A stretch of 64,000 nucleotides of DNA, taken from the IMG/VR virus record IMGVR_UViG_3300034069_000432, positions 9,219-73,218 of that record; one strand, written 5' to 3'. This document shows positions 45,705 to 54,567 of the stretch, piece by piece. The position numbers were made by a program, and so were the translations under genes. Each line of letters begins with the position of its first letter. Position 1 is the stretch's first letter. Source of the DNA: a virus. The notes beneath the pieces were generated by a model that did not search any database, was not told where the DNA came from, and was given only the letters and a program-made list of their open reading frames with translations.

Positions 45705-46687
45705 TACCACACCACGCGATATGTGAGAGTACAGCGGCAGTTAGCCCGCTCGTTGAGTCCTGCGCCTAGCGATGAATCGCCAGGGTACATCAGCATCGCG
45801 CCCCGTGCAGTCTGAAACGGCTGCATCAGCGGAACCACGACGCCGCCAAGGATTTCATGCGTATTACGCACGCGCTCATCACCCTTATTCCGCCAGCCCT
45901 TCGTGATCGACTGAGGCGCTTTTGGCTGAAGGGATAATTGCACGTAGAGCTGGTTAAATCCAGAGTTGTAAGCCTCTAGGCCAGCGGTACGGGCGAGCAT
46001 GCGGGCGCGGGTCTTGACCTTGCGCGCGGCGTAGGCGTCGGTGATGCGCTTGATGTCGGCTGCGGCTACGGGTGTCTCGTTCTTGATGGCACGCCGGGCA
46101 ATGGGATCGAAGATCGGGTCACGGTCTACGCGGTTAAGGTACTCTTTTATCTGCGCAGGCACGCCGGAGGCCAGTTGCGTCTGAGCGTTGAGAACCGCCT
46201 GCACATCAGCACCGGACAGACCGACAACGCCGCCGAGCCGCCGCCCTGTCTGCTTGCTGGTCGTGCCGAGGATATCCCTCGCCGTCTGAGCTGCCGACTG
46301 CTGCGACATGGCGCCGGCCTGCATCGTCAGACGGATGGCTTCGGCTTGGGCTTCGTTGATGCTGGCGACTGTTGAGGCGGCTTGCTGCTGGAGGGCCTGC
46401 ACGGCTTCGGCGGTAGATGGGTCGAACTCAACCGGGCGGCCACCGGGCGGCTTCTCGCGGGGCTTGCGACCACCAGCAATGAACACTGCCCGTATCAGTT
46501 CGGCGAACAGCGCCATTGCGCCAAGCGACAGATAGTCGATCAACCCCTGCTCGTCGTTATCTTCGATGTAGCGCTGCACTGCCGCATACGTGCTCGCGTC
46601 AACGACCGCGCGCACCCGGTCAAGGTAGGCGCGCTGTAAGTCCGGGGTTAGGCCGTCGATGGCGGCTAGGATTTCTTGTTCGGTCAT
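45704..46687 (-). CDS. Head morphogenesis protein (Mu gpF / SPP1 gp7-like)
   Basis: RMLARTAG, KGWRNKGDERVRNTH, MYPGD...NCRC. Confidence 0.85.
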   Translation of the reverse strand: MTEQEILAAIDGLTPDLQRAYLDRVRAVVDASTYAAVQRYIEDNDEQGLIDYLSLGAMALFAELIRAVFIAGGRKPREKPPGGRPVEFDPSTAEAVQALQQQAASTVASINEAQAEAIRLTMQAGAMSQQSAAQTARDILGTTSKQTGRRLGGVVGLSGADVQAVLNAQTQLASGVPAQIKEYLNRVDRDPIFDPIARRAIKNETPVAAADIKRITDAYAARKVKTRARMLARTAGLEAYNSGFNQLYVQLSLQPKAPQSITKGWRNKGDERVRNTHEILGGVVVPLMQPFQTARGAMLMYPGDSSLGAGLNERANCRCTLTYRVVW

Positions 46688-47016
46688 TTACGCCGCATCC
46701 CGGTCCATAGGTCGCCGATATAGCCCCAAAGCAAAAGCGGCCAGCAAAGCGCACAAAGGAACTTGAACACCGACATGAACGGCGAGAAATTCCCCTCGTT
46801 AACTACATCTGCGTCATCGCGCAAAGCGTCCTCCTTGAATTTTGCCCAGTCAGAAGCGCTCATGAATAGAGTTGGCGACAGGACAAGGATTGCTAGCGTT
46901 ATGACGGCGCCAGCAACCCAAATCAGCATTACGTCAGCGATTGTCATGCAAAATGCCTCCCAATCAACATCCCAACCGCCACCGCCGTAATGACGATCGC
47001 GGTCAGGGCTAGCCAT
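46684..47016 (-). CDS. Hypothetical membrane protein
   Basis: Two hydrophobic segments. Confidence 0.55.
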   Translation of the reverse strand: MASPDRDRHYGGGGWDVDWEAFCMTIADVMLIWVAGAVITLAILVLSPTLFMSASDWAKFKEDALRDDADVVNEGNFSPFMSVFKFLCALCWPLLLWGYIGDLWTGMRRK

Positions 47017-47026
47017 TCGGCGTTTG

Positions 47027-47614
47027 TCATTGTACGCTCCACCATGTTTCGCTACCCTTCATTTGTAATCTTGAATGGTCGCCAGTCTTTATCTCATAAC
47101 CCTGATTGATAGCCCATTCAGCGGCTTCTTGCTCGCTTTTAAACTTTGGTCCTTCAAATCCAGAGCAAACCAAAAACCATCTTTCATCCCAGTCAGCACA
47201 GATTCTTGGCGAAATTTGATGTGCTTTCAAGGCGGCCTGCAGGCGTTCGTTCTCAGCCTTAAGTCGTGCAATCTCATCAAAGCAGTTAAGCGCCGGCGCA
47301 GCTGCAAGTCGACCCTTAAGATCTTCGTTCTCGGCCTTGAGCTGACCTATTTCTTCCCCACGCTTTATAACTAGATCGCATTGTATATCACGCTGCATGC
47401 GCGCCACTGACTTCATACCCTTCTCAGCATCGCGATCGGCGGTAATCGTTTTGATATGCCGAATCAGCCCCAGCACCACCAGCGGAGATAGCGCCATTAT
47501 CATATCAATCAGCGCCATATTAGGCTGAGGCCACGGCTTGCCGGCCTCCTCCCACTTGGTTCGCTCAGCCTGCGCAAACAACGCCAGCGCCTCGACCTTC
47601 TCAATATCAATCAT
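47027..47614 (-). CDS. Ea22-like accessory protein
   Basis: IDIEKVEALA, LSPLVVLGLI, QLKAENEDL. Confidence 0.7.
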   Translation of the reverse strand: MIDIEKVEALALFAQAERTKWEEAGKPWPQPNMALIDMIMALSPLVVLGLIRHIKTITADRDAEKGMKSVARMQRDIQCDLVIKRGEEIGQLKAENEDLKGRLAAAPALNCFDEIARLKAENERLQAALKAHQISPRICADWDERWFLVCSGFEGPKFKSEQEAAEWAINQGYEIKTGDHSRLQMKGSETWWSVQ

Positions 47615-47756
47615 CTTTAAACCCTCGCTGCTGCCGAATCTTGGAACACTTTGCATGGGAACCTGGACGGCCGCCGCGGTGCTTGCCGCAGACCTCGCAG
47701 GTGACGGGGTTTGACTCGTTTAGGTTTTGGCGGTAGATGGGTGGGGGTTGGGTCAT
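47607..47756 (-). CDS. Mini Cys/His protein, copy 3
   Basis: VTCEVCGKHRGGRPGSHAKCSKIRQ; not in ORF track. Confidence 0.65.
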   Translation of the reverse strand: MTQPPPIYRQNLNESNPVTCEVCGKHRGGRPGSHAKCSKIRQQRGFKDD

Positions 47757-47765
47757 GGTGTAGCC

Positions 47766-48014
47766 TCAGTAGGGTATGCACTGATCGCACTGCCCTGTGT
47801 ACCCTTTCGAGCCACAGCCAGTGCAGAGGTGTTCAGGAATCGCAAAGATATCCGGGTTGTTTCGTCTGGCTTCTCTTTGCATGATGATTCTCTGAGCTCC
47901 ATGGATCAAATGCATCATTTCCTGATGGTCCCAGATGTGCTGCTCTGGCAGAGTTAGAAATGAATTCCATGCCTCAGCCAGCAGGTTAATAGTGGCTTTC
48001 TCTGCTGGCGTCAT
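47766..48014 (-). CDS. Hypothetical protein
   Basis: AEAWNSFLTLPEQH...IHGAQRII. Confidence 0.7.
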   Translation of the reverse strand: MTPAEKATINLLAEAWNSFLTLPEQHIWDHQEMMHLIHGAQRIIMQREARRNNPDIFAIPEHLCTGCGSKGYTGQCDQCIPY

Positions 48015-48208
48015 ATCCGCACCTCATAGGCGCCGGCCTGCACGCACTCACGCGCAACTGAGCGGAGCGCATCCTTGGCGAACTCAAAGCCTTCACTACC
48101 CACTTTTTGGAGGTGCTTGATGGCATTCCATTGCTGGAGCAGCGAGCAGTAGGGCTCTTTTACGGAGCACTGCTTGAGCGCGCCTTCGATTTCCAGGAAG
48201 AAGATCAT
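48011..48208 (-). CDS. Hypothetical protein
   Basis: ATGA coupling. Confidence 0.6.
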   Translation of the reverse strand: MIFFLEIEGALKQCSVKEPYCSLLQQWNAIKHLQKVGSEGFEFAKDALRSVARECVQAGAYEVRI

Positions 48209-48489
48209 GGCGCCACCTTCAGGCCGGCGGCATTAATCGCCCTAACCACGGCTACATACTCCAGATCCTCGCCCGCCGGATGCTCGTAAACGCAGCCTTG
48301 GTCGTCGATGTTGAAGCGGGGCGGGAGAGTGATGGTCATGTCCGCGCGAGAGGCCTGCCACGCCAGCCAAGCTGCATGCAACTCAAGCCCGACATAACCG
48401 TCTTGCTCGTCGTAATGCATGCACTCATCGGACAGACCAAGCCACGCACAAGTAATAGCCCAAGCTTCAAACTCTTCACGACTGGTCAT
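48205..48489 (-). CDS. Hypothetical phage protein
   Basis: MTSREEFEAW...AWLAWQASR. Confidence 0.75.
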   Translation of the reverse strand: MTSREEFEAWAITCAWLGLSDECMHYDEQDGYVGLELHAAWLAWQASRADMTITLPPRFNIDDQGCVYEHPAGEDLEYVAVVRAINAAGLKVAP

Positions 48490-48632
48490 TTCACCGCCCT
48501 CAGCGAATTGGACTCGCGCCACTGCTTTGTAAACTCAGCAACCAAGCGCATCTGCCGCCAGTATGCTTTTGATTCAAGTTTGCAGGACAGGAATATGCGG
48601 CGTTCGTGCTGGATCAGTTCGAGTAGGCTCAC
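48486..48632 (-). CDS. Small hypothetical protein (48 aa)
   Basis: GTG start after GAGG, coupled at both ends; not in ORF track. Confidence 0.5.
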   Translation of the reverse strand: MSLLELIQHERRIFLSCKLESKAYWRQMRLVAEFTKQWRESNSLRAVK

Positions 48633-48946
48633 ACCTCACCTCCTGTCGCGCGGGCGATGGCGGCGCTAAGCGCGGCGATCTTGGTGCGCAGCACTGTGAT
48701 TTTGATCTGGTCATGCTTGCTCTCAGGCTTGTCTAGCTCATCACCCAGCATGGTTACCATAAGTGCACGAGATTGAATGCAAAGCGCCAACAGGTCAGGA
48801 GCGCTGGACATTACTCTAGCGTTTGCTTCCGGATCCCCACCTTGGCATAAGCCGACCTCTGCAAGATCAAGAAACTCGCCTGCCGTTACATGTAGTTTTC
48901 CGTCGGTGTCATATTCTACCGACCATGGACCTGGAGTATGCGACAT
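48629..48946 (-). CDS. Hypothetical phage protein
   Basis: MSHTPGPW...ANARVMSSAPDLL...AAIARATG. Confidence 0.8.
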   Translation of the reverse strand: MSHTPGPWSVEYDTDGKLHVTAGEFLDLAEVGLCQGGDPEANARVMSSAPDLLALCIQSRALMVTMLGDELDKPESKHDQIKITVLRTKIAALSAAIARATGGEV

Positions 48947-48991
48947 ATGCTGAACCTCTGCTGATTCGTGCAGGCGCTCAGTGGTGGCGCT

Positions 48992-49513
48992 CTACACGAC
49001 AAATACTGCGGGACCGCCGCAGCGCGTGATCAGTAGAGAGTATAGGAGGGAATTGATGGCGCTGACAACAGGAGATATTGCGGAATTGCCAGATTCGGTG
49101 GAGACGGCGTATTCCGTTTCGAGTGGGCCGACCTTTTCGCGCTTGACGAGGGATGAGGCTACGAAGTCGGGGGTGAGTGAGCCAGGGGATGCCAGCTCTC
49201 TAATACTTGCTTCATATGCAGACATCACAACCTCTGCCGGCACAGTTTCAGGATCAATCGATCCGCCCTCATCCCGGTAAAACGCTCCAACCCTAGGCCA
49301 TGATCTTGGCTGAGAAGGAATTGCTTTTTTACCTGGGAATAACATCCTGCAGCCAGCGCGGCCAGGTATTGGCATTCCATTGAGACCATCAATGTACTGA
49401 GAACCCCTAACCAGCGCCTGGATCTTTTGCTCGTCGGTTCCCGTCCAGGCTGAATTCCCCCGATCTGCGTGGTATTGGTTGGCTCCGGCGAGCGACCCAT
49501 AGAAATCTGGCAT
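48992..49513 (-). CDS. Head-tail adaptor (DnaT-like fold family)
   Basis: ANQYHADRGNSAW, ALVRGSQYID, REKVGPLETEY. Confidence 0.85.
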   Translation of the reverse strand: MPDFYGSLAGANQYHADRGNSAWTGTDEQKIQALVRGSQYIDGLNGMPIPGRAGCRMLFPGKKAIPSQPRSWPRVGAFYRDEGGSIDPETVPAEVVMSAYEASIRELASPGSLTPDFVASSLVKREKVGPLETEYAVSTESGNSAISPVVSAINSLLYSLLITRCGGPAVFVV

Positions 49514-49566
49514 TTCAAGCTCTCTCTATGATTTAATAAGTTTCACATGAAAAATCAGGTGCAAAA

Positions 49567-50268
49567 ATGAATACACAAAAACTTTGCTCTGTTGAAGGGT
49601 GCGGCAACATCCATCAATCAAAGGGCTATTGCGACAAGCATTATCGAAGGTTCCGCGCCCACGGCGATCCTCTTGTTGCAAGAATACCATTTGTAAAAGC
49701 GGTGTGCTCAGTAGAAGGCTGCCTAAGAGAATCCGAGTGCAAGGGCTTCTGCAAAAAGCACCATGCTCGTTTTGTTAGGTGGGGTGATCCCCTGATGGGG
49801 AATACTGACGTTGGCGGACCGCAAAAGTGGATTTTGGACAATGCCGGGCATGACGACGATGAATGCCTGATATGGCCTTTTGCCAGATATCCTGCCGGAT
49901 ATGGATACCTGATTGTTGGGAAAGTAAAAATGAGCGCCAGCAGACGAATGTGCATGGTGGCGCACGGCGACCCAGATTCTCCAGAATTACACGCTGCCCA
50001 TTCTTGCGGAAACGGCTTTGGAGGATGCGTGAATCCTAAGCACTTAAGATGGGCAACAAAGCTAGAAAATGAGATGGATAAAATAATCCATGGGACTATA
50101 AGAAAAGGTGAGAAACACGGCATGCACAAGCTTACCGAGGATGAGGTGCGTCAAATTAGATCGCTAAGGCCATCCCATACGGCAACAAGCCTAGGAAGAA
50201 AGTTTGGAGTTAGCAGAGCTTGCATTGACAGCATTACTAATGGAAAGAATTGGTCTTGGCTTAAATAA
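49567..50268 (+). CDS. Free-standing HNH homing endonuclease, antisense to late operon
   Basis: CSVEGC...GYCDKHY twice; HAAHSC...CVNPKHLRWAT...N; KLTEDEVRQIR. Confidence 0.9.
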   Translation: MNTQKLCSVEGCGNIHQSKGYCDKHYRRFRAHGDPLVARIPFVKAVCSVEGCLRESECKGFCKKHHARFVRWGDPLMGNTDVGGPQKWILDNAGHDDDECLIWPFARYPAGYGYLIVGKVKMSASRRMCMVAHGDPDSPELHAAHSCGNGFGGCVNPKHLRWATKLENEMDKIIHGTIRKGEKHGMHKLTEDEVRQIRSLRPSHTATSLGRKFGVSRACIDSITNGKNWSWLK

Positions 50269-50293
50269 AAAATGCGCCAAGGAAGGCGCATTT
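50267..50293 (-). terminator. Intrinsic terminator after capsid genes (possibly bidirectional)
   Basis: AAATGCGCC-6nt-GGCGCATTT with T-run on - strand. Confidence 0.7.
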
Positions 50294-50323
50294 CTGAACT
50301 GGCGCCATCCATGGCTGGGGTAA

Positions 50324-50557
50324 TTACTTGCGGTACGGTGCGGGCGCTGGTACTGGCGACGGTGCAGCTTCAGCGGCTTCAACCTGCTCAGCCTTGGAAG
50401 CGTTCACGACCAAGATGCCCTGCTCAAGATACGACTGAACGTTCTTCAGCTGCTTCAGATCAGCCCAGTCCTCACGCTCCAGCGTCTGCCCGCCGAGGAT
50501 CAGAGACCCTTCATTCAGCGGCACAGCCACGGTGCTGGTGTTCGTAATCTTTGCCAT
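50324..50557 (-). CDS. Small virion-associated protein
   Basis: Paralogous to N-terminus of 50599..50931. Confidence 0.65.
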   Translation of the reverse strand: MAKITNTSTVAVPLNEGSLILGGQTLEREDWADLKQLKNVQSYLEQGILVVNASKAEQVEAAEAAPSPVPAPAPYRK

Positions 50558-50598
50558 GCTGGTGACTCCAGAATAAATGGGGCCTAAGCCCCGGGTTG

Positions 50599-50931
50599 TT
50601 ACTCGGCAGCGGCGCCGGACTCAGCAGCAGAGGCAGCTTGTTGGGCTTCGACCAGCAGTGCTTCCAGCTTTTCAACGCTGGAGCGCTTATCGGCCTTGCC
50701 GCCCAACTCCTTGATGCGCGCGATGAGGTCGGACTTGCGATCGTCGTCCGGATCTTCATCGGCATCCTCGACCGCGCCAGTCACCAGCACACCAGAGTCC
50801 AGGTAGAACTTGGTGATAGGGTGAGCCTTGACCTTGCTCCAGTCGCTGACTTCAGTCTCGACGCCGGGGGCCAGGAAAGTGCCCCCGAGCAGTACAAGCG
50901 GCTGAACGCCGGTGTTAGTAACTGTGGTCAT
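50599..50931 (-). CDS. Small protein with HeH/LEM-like C-terminus
   Basis: LIARIKELGGKADKRSSVEKLEALL; directly after MCP. Confidence 0.7.
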   Translation of the reverse strand: MTTVTNTGVQPLVLLGGTFLAPGVETEVSDWSKVKAHPITKFYLDSGVLVTGAVEDADEDPDDDRKSDLIARIKELGGKADKRSSVEKLEALLVEAQQAASAAESGAAAE

Positions 50932-50934
50932 GGC

Positions 50935-51864
50935 TTACACCCCGTCCAAGTAACGAACAGACTGCGGTAGACGGATGTCCAGGCCGCCCAGACGGAACAA
51001 GCCCGGCACTTCCCAGCGGATCGGGCCAGCCTGATACACAGGCATGAACCGGTGAGGCATCGGGATGTACGCCTTCAGCACGCTTGGGTCGCGACGGTAT
51101 GCCACGATACGAGCAGTGCCGCCAGCGCCGGCAGTCAACAGGCCGTAGATGCCGCGGATCAACAGAGGGCGTCCAGTGGTCTGGGTGTACAGGTTCGACT
51201 GCATGATGAACTGGTACACAGTCAGAGTGGTGTTCGGCATCAGCGTCTGGTTCAGCAACTGCAGGCGTTCGAACGGCAGCAACAGGGTATCGGCGACGGA
51301 CGTGTACTGAGTGCCGGAGTAGGTCGGCATCAGTGCGGCGTTGATGTCAGCGATGATCTGCTGTGGAGTGGTATTGCCAGTCCAATTGCCGGTCGGCGCG
51401 GTGATCGCGGTCACGGCGCTGTTGCTAATCAAACCCTGGAAGCCCTTGCGAGCATCACCGCGCAGCAGCACACCGTCTACGAACTCTTCGTAGGCGCGGC
51501 GAGCAGCAGCGGCGTCATCAGCCTGAAGTGGCAGGCCCAGCATCTGAGCCTGGCTGATCTCTTCCAGACCGTAGCCGTAGCCGATACCAGCGGTGAAGAC
51601 CTGGGACTCGTACTTGGTGCGCTCGCTGCCAGCACGTGGAATGTCGTCGCTGTTGCCGTTGATCCAGTTGGCCTGACCGAACTTGTCACCCGAGAAGAAG
51701 GTAACAGTCTTGACCCACTCAGGGGCGGACGAGTCCACCGGGATCAGATCCTGATACTGGATGTCGGCGTAGACGATCTGATTGACCTGACGCTCGATGT
51801 AAGTCGTCTGGGACAGCACGAAACCCATCGCAGCCTGGGCGTCGAGCAGTTTAATTTGAGCCAT
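50935..51864 (-). CDS. Major capsid protein (DUF2184/HK97-fold)
   Basis: QTTYIERQV, GIGYGYGLEEI, RLGGLDIRLP; start MAQIKLLD. Confidence 0.92.
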   Translation of the reverse strand: MAQIKLLDAQAAMGFVLSQTTYIERQVNQIVYADIQYQDLIPVDSSAPEWVKTVTFFSGDKFGQANWINGNSDDIPRAGSERTKYESQVFTAGIGYGYGLEEISQAQMLGLPLQADDAAAARRAYEEFVDGVLLRGDARKGFQGLISNSAVTAITAPTGNWTGNTTPQQIIADINAALMPTYSGTQYTSVADTLLLPFERLQLLNQTLMPNTTLTVYQFIMQSNLYTQTTGRPLLIRGIYGLLTAGAGGTARIVAYRRDPSVLKAYIPMPHRFMPVYQAGPIRWEVPGLFRLGGLDIRLPQSVRYLDGV

Positions 51865-51877
51865 GCTTGACGCTCCT

Positions 51878-52312
51878 TTACTTAACGAAGATGTCGCCGA
51901 GGACGCCCGACGCAGTGGTCGTGTCCCAGCGGGAGTTTGGAATTGCGAAGTTGCTGGTGGCAACGTTGGTGAACAGGCCGGCAGGGGTGATATAGACCGG
52001 ATCGCCGGCTGCTACAGCAGCGGATGCCAGCACGCAGATCGGGCCTTTCTTCAGGATGCGGGCCGACTCGTAGCGGCTGAACAGCTCGCCAATCTGAACG
52101 GAACGATCGCGAACGGTGATTCCGAGGAAGCCAGTGCCTGCGTAGGCAATGCAGCCGTCTTGGTCAGCGCCCTGGGCAACCGGAACACCAAACGCGATAC
52201 CGGCTACGGTCTCAACGTTACGGCTGATCAGGTCCGCCTGGGTCATGTCCGGAATATGGCCGGCCTTGCGAGCCGGGATATTCGTGCTGTAGGTAGATTG
52301 AATGGCTGGCAT
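51878..52312 (-). CDS. Capsid decoration/cement protein
   Basis: 144 aa beta-rich protein between protease/scaffold and MCP; IAFGVPVAQG, AVAAGDPVY. Confidence 0.8.
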   Translation of the reverse strand: MPAIQSTYSTNIPARKAGHIPDMTQADLISRNVETVAGIAFGVPVAQGADQDGCIAYAGTGFLGITVRDRSVQIGELFSRYESARILKKGPICVLASAAVAAGDPVYITPAGLFTNVATSNFAIPNSRWDTTTASGVLGDIFVK

Positions 52313-52315
52313 CGC

Positions 52316-53446
52316 TTACGCTCCTTTACCGGCGGTTTTCCACGCCTCGGACTTGGATTTCTCCCAAGCATCTTGGCCGTTGTCGTTGATGGTGGTCTTG
52401 CCGTCCTGCGCGATGAAGTGCTGGCGCATCGGATCTTTGTTGGCGTCTTCCAACAGGATGTCAAAGCGGGCGTCGACGTAGGCGTCGGACTTGCCAGCCA
52501 GGGCAGCATCGCCCAGCTTAGCCAGCACTGCGGCCTTGCGGATTTCGGCGTCGGACTTGCCGGTGTAGTCGGCGTCACTGATCAGGCGAGCGTTGGTGAT
52601 CAGATCGGCGCGTTGCTTGACGCGAGCGTCGAGAGCGGCATCGGTCAAAACCTTAGCTTTCAGGCCGTCAATCTCGGCGTCTTTCTTCGCAAGATCAGCG
52701 TCTTTCAGCGCCAGCGCGGCAGCATAAGCGTCAGCCAGTGAGGTGGTTTTATCCGCGGCATCGCTGAGCTGCTTGGTCAGCTTTTCGATAGCCTGGGCGC
52801 CTTGCTCGGTCACTTCGATGGTCAGGCCATCAACAAGCAGTTTACGCAGTGCATCAGCCATGTCATGGCCTCCGTTTGGTGTTTTTGGTGCGGGATTATT
52901 ATCGCCGATACGGGTGTTGCCCGCACGTGGATTGTTGTCGGGCAGGTAGGCTACGTGATTGAACCGCAGCGGGCCTTCCTGCTTGAATTCGTAGGGGGTG
53001 CCGTCCGGGGCTGTGCCCGAGTCGCGCACGATTGCAACGCTGTAGCCGGCAGAGAGTGAGCGGGCGCCTGCGGCAATCTCTTTGGCTGCGGTTGAGTCCA
53101 TGATCGCCATCGAGGCGACCACATGCTCACCGTCGCGGCGCACTGTGCCACCCATTTGGCCGACAGCCAGATCTTTCCAGTTGTCAGCGGTTACGCCTTC
53201 ATCGGGATGGCCGCGAGTGACGGGTCGACCCGCAAGCGAAAGCATGCTGGCGTTATCGAAAACCACATCGGGATCGCGGTACACGCCGAACACCTTATGC
53301 TTTTCTTCGCCATCCAGGCCAAGCTCATGGCCGTAGTACTGCTGCACATTGCCCGCACGCGATACACGCGCATCGCCCACAAGATACCCGTCCTGAGTTA
53401 ACTTCAGGCCGGACGCATCAAGCGTAAGGCTATCGACAATGAGCAT
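52316..53446 (-). CDS. Prohead protease/scaffold (DUF2213)
   Basis: GYLVGDARVSRAG, PVTRGHP, LSAGYS, NHVA, RAG. Confidence 0.9.
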   Translation of the reverse strand: MLIVDSLTLDASGLKLTQDGYLVGDARVSRAGNVQQYYGHELGLDGEEKHKVFGVYRDPDVVFDNASMLSLAGRPVTRGHPDEGVTADNWKDLAVGQMGGTVRRDGEHVVASMAIMDSTAAKEIAAGARSLSAGYSVAIVRDSGTAPDGTPYEFKQEGPLRFNHVAYLPDNNPRAGNTRIGDNNPAPKTPNGGHDMADALRKLLVDGLTIEVTEQGAQAIEKLTKQLSDAADKTTSLADAYAAALALKDADLAKKDAEIDGLKAKVLTDAALDARVKQRADLITNARLISDADYTGKSDAEIRKAAVLAKLGDAALAGKSDAYVDARFDILLEDANKDPMRQHFIAQDGKTTINDNGQDAWEKSKSEAWKTAGKGA

Positions 53447-53514
53447 TTACGACCTCATGGTGCATATTTGATGCCCGGATATTACCACTTCCGGGCATGG
53501 TATGACATAGCCCC

Positions 53515-53715
53515 TTAGAACGGGTTGCCGGCAGCCACGATGGTCGCCACGATGCCACTAATGACTGCCAGTGGCACGCCTGCATCAAAGCTGATAACCA
53601 ACGCTGTGTTCGTCTCGTCAACGAATGACGGGAACGCTACCGAAGTTTTCCCATCAGAACCCACGCTGACCACTACCAAAGTGCCGTTTACGATGTTCTC
53701 ACCAATTACAAGCAT
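53515..53715 (-). CDS. Small hypothetical protein
   Basis: AAGGAG RBS before MLVIGEN. Confidence 0.6.
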   Translation of the reverse strand: MLVIGENIVNGTLVVVSVGSDGKTSVAFPSFVDETNTALVISFDAGVPLAVISGIVATIVAAGNPF

Positions 53716-53725
53716 GTGTATCTCC

Positions 53726-54190
53726 TTAGAGCAACGAAGAGTTGCGGATTGTGTTGAGCGCGGTTCCGTCCCACTGGTAATCAGTCCAGCTGGAGCCAAG
53801 AATATTTTTCAAGCCTGAAACCCCTGCTACCTGGATGCCAAGGGTAGTAAGCGCGGCCAGCGCTGTAGGTCTGACGATGGTCAGTTCGAAGCCTGGGTAC
53901 AGATTAGCGGTCTGCAGCGTGAGAACCATGCTGGCCGTGTTCGTGCCGGTAATCGACATGATCGTCGGGCTGAGCAGCGGCGTAATAGAGATTGCCGCAG
54001 CAGCCGGCACAGCGCCCATGAGCCCGCGCCTGATGTGCTTCCAGTTCGTGCCATCGGAAAGCACCATATCCGAGCCGCCGCCCAGATCAGTGACGTACGC
54101 GTACTTCGCCTGAAAGCTGGAAGCCGGGGGAAGGCTGGCGACCGTGTACAACCCTGGCAGAACCGCGCTGTTACCACCGAACAAAGGCAT
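53726..54190 (-). CDS. Putative minor virion protein
   Basis: YTVASLP...AYVTD...SDGTNW, motif seen in phage fibres. Confidence 0.6.
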   Translation of the reverse strand: MPLFGGNSAVLPGLYTVASLPPASSFQAKYAYVTDLGGGSDMVLSDGTNWKHIRRGLMGAVPAAAAISITPLLSPTIMSITGTNTASMVLTLQTANLYPGFELTIVRPTALAALTTLGIQVAGVSGLKNILGSSWTDYQWDGTALNTIRNSSLL

Positions 54191-54561
54191 CAGCTTAGCT
54201 CCGTGATGCGGGCGCTGCCATTGGCTGTAGTCCAGATGGCGGTGATGATGCCGGTATAACCGAATGGGATTTCGTAATAGCCGCTTGGGGCGACCTGCAC
54301 GGTGTAGCTGGTCGCCGACGCAACGGTTCCGAACTTGATGAACACGACTGACGTGGACTCGTTGTAGATCGTTGCACCCTTGCGGTTGGCGTTCGCCGTG
54401 AGCAGAGTCACCGCAGTGGCAGAGGATGCGATCGACGTGACAGCCGCCGCCGATGATGCAGGTGCCAGGTTAGCAGCCTGCCCTGCAGGGTTGACGATCA
54501 TGACCGGGTAGGCTTCGATGTACCCCTGATCGCCCTGCACTGTCGGTAACTGGTCTGGCAT
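54190..54561 (-). CDS. Putative minor virion protein (beta-sandwich)
   Basis: NANRKGATIYNEST...VAPSGYYE. Confidence 0.6.
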   Translation of the reverse strand: MPDQLPTVQGDQGYIEAYPVMIVNPAGQAANLAPASSAAAVTSIASSATAVTLLTANANRKGATIYNESTSVVFIKFGTVASATSYTVQVAPSGYYEIPFGYTGIITAIWTTANGSARITELS

Positions 54562-54567
54562 GTCTTG

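Noticed and set aside
46684-48946. Anti-CRISPR cluster call for small-gene islands
   Set aside because: No recognisable Acr or adjacent Aca HTH gene; small size alone is not evidence.
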